This document shows, one piece after another, positions 53,201 to 64,000 of a stretch of DNA of 64,000 nt (the stretch's first letter is position 1; each line of letters starts with the position of its first letter). The DNA is from Chlorokybus atmophyticus (Eukaryota; Plantae; Mesostigma and Chlorokybus algae), in assembly GCA_009103225.1 (NCBI GenBank), contig RHPI01001037.1, positions 1,092,916-1,156,915 of the forward strand, in the 5' to 3' direction. The position numbers were made by a program, and so were the translations under genes. Under the pieces are notes generated by a model that searched no databases, was not told where the DNA came from, and saw only the letters and a program-made list of their open reading frames with translations.

Positions 53201-53670
53201 ACACATGCTACACAAATTGCTACTGTAACCAACATGGCAACTGTGGCAGGGAGTACCTTGAGAGAAGCATTGAGGCGCTCAAGCGGAAGCTTTCCAAGGA
53301 TGTGGACTTGCATCGCACGGAGAACACGCGCATAGTGGCGGAGAACGTTGCGCTTATTAAGGAGATCAATGAGCTCAAGCGCGAGATCAAGTCGTTGAAG
53401 CAGAGCTCGACTCAACAGCGGTCCACAACCAGAAGCATGGATGGAGCGGAGGCTTTGATGAGTCCTGGACGAGCCAAGCAGAAGTCCATGAGGAGGACAC
53501 CGTCGAGAAAAGGTGAAGGGGACCCGTTGTCGCCGGGTGATGAAGACAAGGACAGCAATATCAACAGCAAGTACTACGAGCAAGTGCAGATGAGACCCAA
53601 ATCCCGCGAGCGACTGCCGCCCATGGAGGGGTTCAACCACCAAGATGCGTTGCTGTCTCCAACAAGCTGA
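47290..53670 (+). CDS. CFAP57: Cilia- and flagella-associated protein 57 (WDR65), WD40 repeats + long coiled coil, more than 20 exons
   Basis: MAVSTLLTR|[15 protein letters not shown]; [18 protein letters not shown]; [25 protein letters not shown]; [11 protein letters not shown]; LRGHNGKV; [37 protein letters not shown]; [15 protein letters not shown]. Confidence 0.95.
48201..48330. repeat. Alternating purine-pyrimidine intronic tract containing a 16-bp tandem duplication
   Basis: ataagcacatgtgcgc occurs twice at 48271-48302 within a gtgtgc/gcatgc tract. Confidence 0.85.
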
Positions 53671-53844
53671 TTGCTTCTTGATTTACCATGTACATGAGCT
53701 TAGCGTAGTGGTGACATAGGTAGAGGCATTGCTGCTGACTAGCATGTGCAGAGCACGCTGTGAGTGGAGGCACTGGACGCACAGAGCATCCACACTGCTG
53801 CCTGATAACGTGAAGTGAGCAACAATGACACTGCGCATCAACAT

Positions 53845-53868
53845 CAGCACCAGCACCAGCACCAGCAC
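53845..53868 (+). repeat. (CAGCAC)x4 microsatellite between convergent 3' ends
   Basis: cagcaccagcaccagcaccagcac. Confidence 0.95.
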
Positions 53869-53979
53869 AGCCATGAATAGATCGATGTGCGGAGTGTAGT
53901 ACACGCCCAGCAGGCCCGATATAGCATGATATACGCTTGCTTACGCTGTCTGATACGCATATGCGGTCGCTACTACTCT

Positions 53980-54881
53980 CTAGCTGTCCAAAAACTGTTG
54001 AACGTCCGCTTGCAAGGCGCTAAGCGCACCTTCAGAGGTGATCTTGATCCGGTCATCTCGCACGGTGATGAGCACCTTGGCCGCAAAAGCATTGGCATAA
54101 GCATTCGGGTTGCAGACGATGTCTAAAAAGACATGACCATTCGACAAGTCCCCTTTGAAACTGTACTCCATGTTCTCGAGGCGCCTCCGCTGGGGTTTGC
54201 CCTCCTTCTCCTTAAACATTGAGAGAACATTGGATATCGACTCGTTCAGCTGCGCGGCGCCTTGTTTCGTGTATGGCACTGTCACCGATGTCTCTCCAAT
54301 GTGGAAAGTTATTGGGCGAGACTCTGTGCACAAAGCAAAACTGTTGACAATAGTAACAACAAGCATTACGCCATAATCCACTTCAGGGGAGGGCAGCAAT
54401 GCTGGGTTGTACCACCAGTTGAGTGGCTCCTTAAGAACATGCATGGTATGGCGTTCGTTAGCGCAGGAGACGAACAATGTCATTGCCAGGCCACATCTAA
54501 CAGCAGCTACCAAGCTGTGAGGTGCATGCAAGGAACTGCTTTGTTACAATCTGCTTTTCTACAATCCTGCGATATTTTGAAAAACGCAGCCTGAACTGCT
54601 TCCTGACAACAACACTTTGGTTACTCTACAACAATTACAACGTGGCTTCGCGTCGCCAATGCCCGACCTCAGACGCTGACACCCTAGAACATGCACGCAC
54701 ACAAACCTGCAGACACGGAAGGTGAAGCCGAAGACGCCACTGTGAGCGTCCTACAGGGCCGCCTCGTCGCCCGCAACGCTGGTCGGGTATGATGATGATG
54801 CCGGCTCCGCAGCGAAAGCGCTGCTGGAAGTGGCGCAGCAACCGCCTGCACAGCTACCGCCGCCGCCATCGCCGTTGCCAT
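53980..54881 (-). CDS. Conserved cyanobacterial-type protein of unknown function with a plastid transit peptide; 2 exons
   Basis: Exon 1 is an Ala/Arg/Ser-rich presequence (ATG 54881). Exon 2, ESRPITFHIGETSVTVPY...MEYSFKG...VFLDIVCNPNAYANAFAAKVLITVRDDRIKITSEGALSALQADVQQFLDS*, resembles from memory a cyanobacterial family with VFLEIFCNPN..FAAKVL.TVR. Confidence 0.75.
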
Positions 54882-54977
54882 CGCTACCGCCTGCACTACA
54901 CGGCAATGCAGCGGGCGACACTTGACCCTAAAAGCATGAAGTCCTGCTTGTTGCTGGCAGTGTCGCTGGTGTAGCCT

Positions 54978-55016
54978 GTGTCGGCGGTGGTGTCGGCGGT
55001 GGTGTCGCCGGTGTCG
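54978..55016 (+). repeat. 12-bp tandem repeat (GTGTCGGCGGTG, about 3 copies) in the divergent promoter region
   Basis: gtgtcggcggtg gtgtcggcggtg gtgtcgccggtgtcg. Confidence 0.85.
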
Positions 55017-55800
55017 TTGGTTATTCTTGTGTGGGCGTAAGGGAGGTGCTGCGCGTGGCTTAGCTGCTAACGAGAGGAGGAGGCTGCTGCGGTTGTTGCC
55101 TTGCAGCGGGTTTGGATGTCTAGTGACTTATTAAGTTGATTTGGCTGTGTGTTGGATCGACAAGGTGGGCCAGTGACAAGCGTGGTTGTGCGAAACGTTT
55201 TGATGCACGGATTGCGCTAGCTGGAGGCGCCTTTGGAACGCTGTGAGGTGAGCCTGTCATGCCTGCGTGTGTTGAGGCAGAGCGTGGCAGGCCATGCGCA
55301 AACAGTCATTCTGGGTGCTGCACCATCAACAGATAGTAGTTGTGTAGCCACTGCTATGATGTATGGCTAGCACGGTATGCGCAGCTCATCCGAGCAAACA
55401 GAGTAGTCATATAGCAGCTGCAACCCGGTCGGACGGTTTCTGGCCTGCCATGACGTTCCTGTGATGTCTCAACCGCCTGAAGCCAGCTCGCTCATTTTGG
55501 TTGAGCGACAGCGAAAACTCATGCGTGTCAAAATTACCGTGGTTCAGCTACTGCAACCATAGTCACATATGCCTCAACGAGAATCAGTGCCTGCGTCAAG
55601 CATTGAGCTGAGCATTGTGTTTTCCGTGATGCCACACACATGACGTAACAGGAGATGGTAACAGAAAGTCTGATAGCCTATGTGAGAACATCTTTATCAC
55701 CATGCACTGTGTCTCATCCTCGCTGCATCACATGTACACGTTTTCAGCCGGCTCACATTACTATTACACCCATTGGCCTGTAAGGTCGCAACAAACAACG

Positions 55801-58214
55801 ATGGATGCAATGGCCCATCCTCTGGCCATCCCCACGCACTCATTGGGCGATGAGGAGGAGAGCCCCTCGCCTCAACCGCAGCCAACATCCCCGCCTCCAG
55901 CATCCACGGATCGGCCGGCGGATGACATCTTCATGCGCGCAGGCTCCCCGCCACCCACAACACCTTCTCAGCAGGCGACAAACGTGGGTATTCAACCACT
56001 ATCTCCTGGCACAGTGACCTGTCAGCTTGTACTAATAAGTGACAGATTCGTCATGCAGAAGCCTGCATCTCCCCCGACAGCAAGTGCGGAGCCGCCACCC
56101 GCTGCAGCAAGGCCTGTGCTCCCTCCCACTCGCATCCCGAGTGACAGCAACCTGGAGGTTAGCGTCAGTGATCCTGTCAAGCAAGGCGAAGGCGTGCAGG
56201 CTTATGTGTCATACCGCGTCACGACAAAGGTGCCGTGACACTAGTAATAGCTGTCCCTAATGCATGCTGTTGTGCATGTAATTCACGGCGTGCAAGCAGC
56301 TATTGCCTTCCTTTTTGCTTGTTGCACATGCACAAACATAGAGTTGCAGTGTGTATAAATGAAGCGAGTGTATATATGTACGGCCATGCTTGCAACTGTT
56401 TACATTGAGGTTTGTGCATGTTGACAGACGAATCTACCTCAATATCGATGGACGCAATTCAATGTCATACGCCGTTTCAGCGACTTTGTGTGGCTGCATG
56501 ACCGCCTCGTGGAGAAGAATCCGGGCGTGATCATCCCGCCAGTTCCAGAGAAGAATGTAGTAGGCAAGCTTGAGGCGGCACACAACTTGGTGCCCTGTTG
56601 TTGCTTACACTGCTTATGTTGCAAATGCTGTTGTGCCACTCTGCAGAGAAGTTCCGCTTCAGTCAAGAGTTCATTGAGCAACGGAGACGCGCTCTTGATG
56701 TCTTTGTCAATCGAGTTGTGCAGCACCCGATGCTATACCTTAGCACCGACTTGCAGCTGTTTCTGGAGGCCTCAGAAGAAGTGTGGGTAAGTATAAGTCA
56801 AGTATTATGAAGTCAATACACAAGCTAACGTATCACACCTCTCCAGGCGGTAGAGACTGCTAGAACAGAAGGTGCGCTAAAGAAAAAGCCACGAGACTTC
56901 CTGCAGCTCATCAAGGTGAGTGCCTGCATAAGCCATGCATAACATGGTAACCTGCAAGTTGTGGCAGATGCCAAGTAATGTTGTTGTGTCGCAGGATGTT
57001 CAGCAGACAGTAAGCGGGGCAGTCTTAGGTAAAGAGAGGCCAGAGCGTGACGTGGATCCTGAATACGAGGCCTATAAGGCCTACGCAAACGCACTTGAAG
57101 GCCATCTGGCGGAGGCACGCAGACAGGCTGAACGCCTCGTGAAACGGCACAAAGGTAAGGTTTCCATCAATTGCATGACATGTGGGTTGCAGCTTCAGTG
57201 CACAGATATGCGTTATGCTTCTGTTGCAGAGCTGAAGCAAGCGCTCGGTGACTTTGGGGTCGCGTCGGTGATGCTTGGGGGAGTAGAGGGTGGCGTTGTG
57301 GGCCATGCATTCACGCAGCTGGGAGACAAGGCACACGCTTTGTCAGAGACTCTGCAGAAGCAAGTAAGGAATGTCCGCAAGCATTCAGCCTGCAGTGGAC
57401 AGCAAATAGGGACGTGCAGCTGATTGTGTTTGCGCGGCAGGCTTCGGACCTGTCCTTCCACTTTGAGCAACCGTTGAGAGAGTATGTACGTACAGTGTAT
57501 GCTGTGAAGGTATGTTGCGTCCAGCTGCTGCTCTGCACTTGTCATGCATGAGTAGTGTGGCTATCTGACTCCTTACCTGTTGCAGCAAGTCCTGTCAGCG
57601 CGCTCAGCTGCATTCACCAATCATCAAAGCCTGGTGATCGAGCTGTCGTCCAGAAAGGCTGCAGTGTAATGCCTGCAATGACTGTTGTGTGCACTGCAAA
57701 CATCTGGTGTTGCATTGCTGTGCAGGTCGCTGCATGGAACCAATTCACTTTGTGTTGTCCAGTGCACGCCTGCAGGCAGCAGTTCCAAGAAGGGAAGACA
57801 GGGTACAGCAGGCTGAACATGAGGCCGTTGAGGTGAGGAAGTCTGCAGTATGATTTTTTTGTTGCTCGTCTACACGCATTGCATTCCAACAATACGCCGC
57901 AGTTTGTGATGTTATGCATATCATGTGTTGCATGCACGCGTGTCTGAAACTGTTTTATCTGAGAGCAGTACACAAGGAAGGTGCAAAACGCCAAGGAGCA
58001 GTACGACATGGTTGTGGAGCGCATGCGCATGGAGATGGCGCGGTTCCACATGGAGATGTGCCAGGACCTGCACCAAGTCTTGCGCGACTTTGCCGCCAGC
58101 CAGGCCCGCCTCACGAAAGACATGGCGGCTGCATGGCGATCGCTTCTGCCCGAGCTTGAGAAAGCCAAATCAGAGACCGCTGGAACGGCACCTGTCGTGG
58201 AGCAGACTGCTTGA
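55801..58214 (+). CDS. SNX1: Sorting nexin 1 (PX + BAR), multi-exon
   Basis: [26 protein letters not shown]|TNLPQY...[15 protein letters not shown]...[11 protein letters not shown]|[28 protein letters not shown]; C-terminal [16 protein letters not shown]...AAAWRSLLP. Confidence 0.95.
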
Positions 58215-60760
58215 TGCAATATGGCTCACCTATTGCTAGTCTGCCAAGCTTTGTACAGAAAGACTTGCACCACTCTCCGCCAGCAGACTGCTCACCCGGC
58301 AAAAGCTGTGACTCGGCAAGGTCACAATGACAAGGTACTCGGCATGCATTATGAGGCCAGCCACCGCCTACACAGCTGCAGCTGTGTTGCGTGGGTGTGC
58401 ATGCCTAGCTTGGTTTACAGAGCCTTTAACTTGACAGTGGAGCTGGCCTCATCAACTATGGCAGGTGGCGAGTTGCCCGATGTGCCGTAACGTCCATTGC
58501 TGTACTGTGATGTGCGTGTTGCGCTAGGTTTGGGTGTAGCAATAGCAAGCTTGGTGTGTCAATTCTAGTCCAACGATGTTGTGGATGTGTTTGTGTAGGT
58601 AGGTATGCACACTTGGGCTATGCGTGTTATTGTCCTATGACAATATGCGTCTATCTCTGACATATACGCGTTCATTGACATATGCAGCGCATGATGTTCA
58701 AGGAAAGAAGGCAAAAGCTTGTCAGTAGTATCCAGAAGTGCACACGTGTGATGTGGATTGAGAACATGCAACCATTACATTACAGATTGGCGCGTGAGAA
58801 CATGCTGCTATAAACCTTACTCTGGCGCCTTTGTATACTTGAAAAACTTATGCTTCAAGTTGTCGTGCATGTGTTAAGAATGGCCTTGTATGCAATGCTA
58901 CATACTCCCTTATGGTATACATGGAACAGTTCACTTGTCTGTTGCTATCGTGCCCAATGGATGGCTGTCAACATCATACGTCATTCTGCAAGCATATAAT
59001 GCGCACGGTATGCTTATTGTTCTCCAACATCGCGTTCATAAAATGTTATCACTCTTTAAACCGGAACTCGTGTACTAATAACAAGCACATGTTGTTTATA
59101 CAATTTTACACACACGATATTCAACTGTATCCAAACGACAATGGTCACCTCCCATTATACCTTGCAAAAGCGCTACTTCAATACAAAGTCCGCAGCTCAA
59201 GCTTGCACAGCAAGGTTATATGCAAGCACACTTTCAGCTGCAAATCATCAAGGTGATTGGATGCCGCTGTATGAGCCATTGTAGTTGCATCCTCGCTTGG
59301 GGCTGCCAGAGCGAAACGTTACACTGCCTTGTGGGTTGTGGTGCTCTATCTGCATAACGTAGAGGACCAGACACATTGATTTAGATGTAGAGGAGCGATC
59401 ACAGTATAGCTCATACTTGCAACAACCAGATTGTCAGGTTACCAGTCTGCCTGTCTGCCATCCATGCATGCTTAACATGACGCACCGCAAACGATGTCAT
59501 ATCTTTCAAGGTTGTCTTTAAAATTACAGCTACTTGACGCCACTAGGTATGGAGGTACAGGCATCATGCCTTTCTTGAAATCATGATTAAGGTGTTTGAA
59601 CCTTGTGCAATACAAAAGAGTTTTGAAGGGAGCCGCCCGCGTACGTGATCGGAGGATTTGTGGCACATGAACTATGTAGCTACCGGACTCAAATAATCAA
59701 GGCTCTGACTACCAGGTCACTCATTAAAGTGAACATCAACCTGGAAGCTGCACCTTCAAGCCAAGAGGGCGCTTGAATGTGTGGGAGGATGCTTGCTTCC
59801 AGCTCTTTGGCACACGGATGTCATACACACTCATAAAAACAAAAATGCAGGTATGATAATAGGTGCAAAACCCTTTGAGCTGCCTTGATGCATTCAATTG
59901 ATGTGTTACTATTACCATTTATTGTGCATCAAGTTAATGCCTCCAGCGTTGATGGCTAAAACTTAGCGCCGGGCAATACATCTGTAAAGTATCGCTCGCG
60001 CCATGCCCTTAATTAAAAACGTTGCTATGCCATCGACGTTATACATGTCATACTGGAATGCCTATGTAAGTATGAGGTTGGTAATAACAACCATTACGTG
60101 TGTATAATCAGCTCTTTCAGAATCAAATACGGATGGCTGTTTTATCATAACGAACACCGTCATTCTTAATATCAAATAGAATTAACAATGAGTATATTAC
60201 AACAGCTACATTTTCGGGCAGGTGGCGTGCAGCATTGTTAAGCATTTGTTTAACTTCATCATTACAACGCCCAAACGATCATGATGCAGTGATTCACATG
60301 TAGTTATATGTCAAGTTGCAAGTGGTCATACAAATTCTGCAATGTTCATTGTTTAGGGAATATAATGTACATCGTGATAAGATAACGCTTGAAACTGCTA
60401 ATTGACTCTATGTATGAATGGGGTGTCTTGACAGAATAGCGGAATGTGCTTTTGCTTCTTTTGTGGGCACTACAGAAGTTCTACTTGTGCTCACCACCCT
60501 CTATCCAGTGCGATGATCGCAAAGGCAGAGCCGGCATATCGGCATATTGGCATATCATTCGAATGTGGGTGATTCATGAACGCCGCCCATCTGGCGGCCT
60601 GTACGAGGGCACCGGCAGCGACAACCCCTCCGGCTCACTTGCTGCAAGATGGCCTCATCACAGTTGTTCACTTGCAGCAGCCGAGGCGGCGGCGGTGGTG
60701 GCGGCGGCGACGGTCCTAGAGGGTGACGGAGGCAGTGGGAGGAGTACCCCTACACGAGGG

Positions 60761-63700
60761 ATGAAAAGGGCGCACGCTGAGACGGTCGCGGGTAACGGTG
60801 CTTTTCCAGCGGAGGTTGCTGCTGAAGTCAACGGAGGCAGAGCCAAGCGCTTGCAGGTTGAGGACCAGGCTGGAGCTCTTGATCAGCAGGTGGCGCCGGT
60901 GAGCGAAGGATTGAAGACATGCTTGCATCAAGTAAGCCTTTAGTTGTCCACGATGGTGTAATCACAGAGATTGTCCTGTATGCCTGGCATACAGTAACGG
61001 TCAATGCATGCATGACATGCACTGTGCGTTATGCACTTACTCGCGTGCGCGTACCGTGCATACGCCGTGACACTGTCTGTGGTGTTTAGGTTTCATATCC
61101 GGAGGGTTTTGTAGCTGCTGCTGATAAACCCATCCCGCTCAAACCTGCCAAAACCTACCCTTTCACACTCGACCCATTTCAGGTATGTGGTTGTCTTTGT
61201 GCTAGTTGATTGAGATGAACGTAAAGCTGATCTCATGGGGGTTGTCTTCACCTTTCGCAATGCATGTTTACCAGCACATGCATGTCATTGTTAAAAACTC
61301 AAGTACACATTTCCAACAGATATGGGAAGGTTGTTGTTGAGTGGGGACTGCTGGTTTCATTACTGCTCTCTCTTGATTTTTGTGTCAGGCCACGGCCATA
61401 TCATGTCTAGAAAAGGGCGAGAGCGTGCTTGTGTCAGCCCCTACGCGTACGGGGAAGACTGTTGTTGCCGAGTATGCCATTGCCATGTCACTGCGCGACA
61501 ACCAAAGATGCATCTACACATCACCAACAACAGCTTCGTCACACCGGAAGTACAGGTACGTTAGATCCAGGTTTATGGGCAAATCAGGCCAGGCTGCCTA
61601 GTTGTCAATCTTTGTAATGACGGTTAATTGTGCAGAGAGCTGTGTGAAGAGTTTTCAGACGTGGGTTGTATGACTGGAGATGTCACAAAAAGTCCCAATG
61701 CATCTGTTTTGGTTATGACCTCCGAGAACTTAAGGACCATGCTGTACCGCGGCTCAGAAGTCATTAGAGAAGTTGCTTGGATCATCTTTGACGAGGTAAT
61801 TACTGGTGGCATTGCATTGCGTGAAGGAGTGTCGTCCATATAGGCACAAACATGATCGCTGCGGATTTGCCATTGCCATAGGCTTTGGAGCATGATATCG
61901 TCACTGCTTGTACGCTCCAGCAAGGTGCACACAATGTTAGCTTTGGTTTTGTTTTTAACATGTTCATGTGTTGCTGGGTCAGCTTGACTACATGCGTGAC
62001 AAAGAGCGTGGTGGTTTCTTGGAGGAGTGTATGTTGTTGGTCCCGAACAACGCGCGTCTCGTGTTCCTTTCTGCTACCGTGCCAAATGCGAAGGAGTTTG
62101 CGGATTGGGTCACCAAGATCCATAAGCAACCGTGCCATATTGTATATACGGACTTCAGACCTACCCCTTTGCAGGTAAAACACCAGCATGCCCCGTTTAG
62201 GTCAAGGTACGCCTTGTAAGAGGCACGATGTTGGAACCACTGGTATGCATCGTCAAGTTGTAGATGCGCCACCACCTCTTCTTTCACAGCACTTCATCTT
62301 TCCGGCTGGCGGAGATGGGATATTCCTTGTCGTGGATGAGAAGTCCAAGTTCAGGCAGGACCACTTTCAGAAGGCCATGGACATGCTGTCGGCAGCAACT
62401 CAGGTATGAAGCCTGGCTTGGAAGTTCATTTGCATTCTTTGCACTCAAACGTGAGTACTTAGTGCTTCCTGATGTTCATGCACTGTATTTGTTTAGTTTA
62501 TGATGGTGTCCACTGGTTTATGCAGTTCAGTATGTACAGTTTGTTGCGTTCGCCTCTGGTAGTGGCACCCATGTCCAGATATGTCAGTCAACGCTCGGGT
62601 GATGTTTGGTGACCATGCAGGCTGATGCGAACAAGAAGTCTATCAGCGGTCCTAGTGACATCTACAAGCTCGTGCGCATGGTCATGGCCAAGCACTGTGA
62701 TCCCTGCATTGTGTTTAGCTTCAGCAAGCGTCAGTGCGAGGCTCATGCCCTTCAGATGGCTGACCTCGATCTCAATGATGACGAGGAGAGAATATTGGTG
62801 GAAGGCATGTGCAACAATGCGATAAAGTCCCTCAGCGATGATGACAAGCGATTGCCGCAGGTGCTGTGCCCAATAGATGCAACTTGTGTGGTGCAATACA
62901 AGAATGTTGTGCTGTATGTGGCGGTCAGCATGTCGTCATGTGACCTGAGATCAAAATACCTGAGTTGCCAGAGCACAGAGCAGGAAGTAGCCAGTTGACC
63001 TTGTGTATCTGATACATGCAGGTGACAGCAATTCTGCCTCTCTTGAGGCGCGGCATCGGCGTGCATTATTCCGGGTTGTTGCCTATCATCAAAGAGGTCA
63101 TTGAGATATTGTTCCAGGTATTGGTGGTGGCATCTCATGTCTGTGCGCTGCATCATTGTTGCATCGTCAAGCAGCGAGCAAAGCTCAACACTGAGTTGCA
63201 TGCACATTGCAGCAAGGCTTGTTGAAGGTTCTTTTTGCCACCGAGACTTGCAGCATCGGCCTCAATATGCCGGCTAAGACTGTCATCTTCACCTCCGTAC
63301 GCAAATTTGATGGCGAGGACTTTCACTGGATATCATCCGGCGAGTACATTCAGGTACACTTGTACCACACATGTTGTCATGTGCCAACCCTATTGCACCT
63401 CCCACCCTATCATAATGTTCGAATTTGTACTTGTGTGTTTGTCAAACAGATGAGTGGAAGGGCAGGTCGAAGGGGTTTGGATGACAGAGGGGTTGTCATT
63501 CTCATGGTGGATGAGCGGATGGAGCCCAGCGTGGCAAAGGGCATGTTGAAGGGCCGAACTGACACGCTTGACTCCAGCTTGCACCTGTCGTACTCAACCC
63601 TTCTCAACATGCTGCGCATGGAAGACGCTTTGCCTGAGTGTCTACTGCGGAACAGCTATAAGCAGTTTCAGACCGACAGGTCTCTTCCGCATCTTAGGGT

Positions 63701-64000
63701 ATGCTGGTGTGCTGCTGTCCGTGCTTGTGCGCATGCTGTACCGAGTCTCACAACTTTGCTATAGAGAAAGGTGGAGGATCTGGAGGCCAAGCGGGCAGCG
63801 ATTGAGATTGAAGGTGAAACAGAGTTGGAAGACTTCTATTCGCTTCGGCGACAACTATCTGAGCTGCGTGCAGAGTTGAGGCAACAGGTAAGCGTGACTG
63901 GACGACGACTGCAATGGTGTCGTGTTGTTAAGCATGACATAAGCTCGACCGCAAAGCTGGCGTGCAAGCATTGTTGTCGCTGGTCGGGAAAGTGGTATGT
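60761..64000 (+). CDS. MTR4: MTR4/HEN2-like Ski2-family RNA helicase with divergent motifs; continues beyond the window
   Basis: [39 protein letters not shown]|[75 protein letters not shown]|[14 protein letters not shown]. Confidence 0.92.

Overview
Eukaryotic nuclear DNA from an intron-rich, roughly GC-balanced genome, most likely a flagellated green alga (inferred from plant-like orthologues with transit peptides, telo-boxes and CFAP57). The assembly is a scaffold with two N gaps and one single N. About 15 multi-exon genes could be reconstructed by hand. In order they are: an OSBP-related protein (5' end outside the window), 3-dehydroquinate synthase II-like, Deg/HtrA protease, TM9SF/TMN, RidA, tyrosine phosphatase, S-formylglutathione hydrolase, WLM(Wss1)-PUB protease, CAF-1 p60/FAS2, a hypothetical protein, Aha1_N, CFAP57, a cyanobacterial-type plastid protein, sorting nexin 1 and an MTR4-like helicase (runs off the 3' end). 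Three regions do not fit this housekeeping background. (1) At about 36.8-41.8 kb there is a tightly packed cluster of decayed, alternately oriented reading frames. Its core is an intron-containing pseudogene of an SF2-helicase-like ATPase whose motifs resemble prokaryotic Z1-associated helicases. (2) An intronless F-box/LRR-like ORF sits on a gap-flanked, AT-rich island. (3) A 559-bp apparently exact copy of OSBP exons and introns lies 11.5 kb downstream of the original. The MTR4-like gene has non-canonical motifs (DELD instead of DExH), and GC-AG introns recur. No tRNA, rRNA or CRISPR array was recognised. Exon boundaries were read by eye and family assignments come from remembered motifs; no searches were run.
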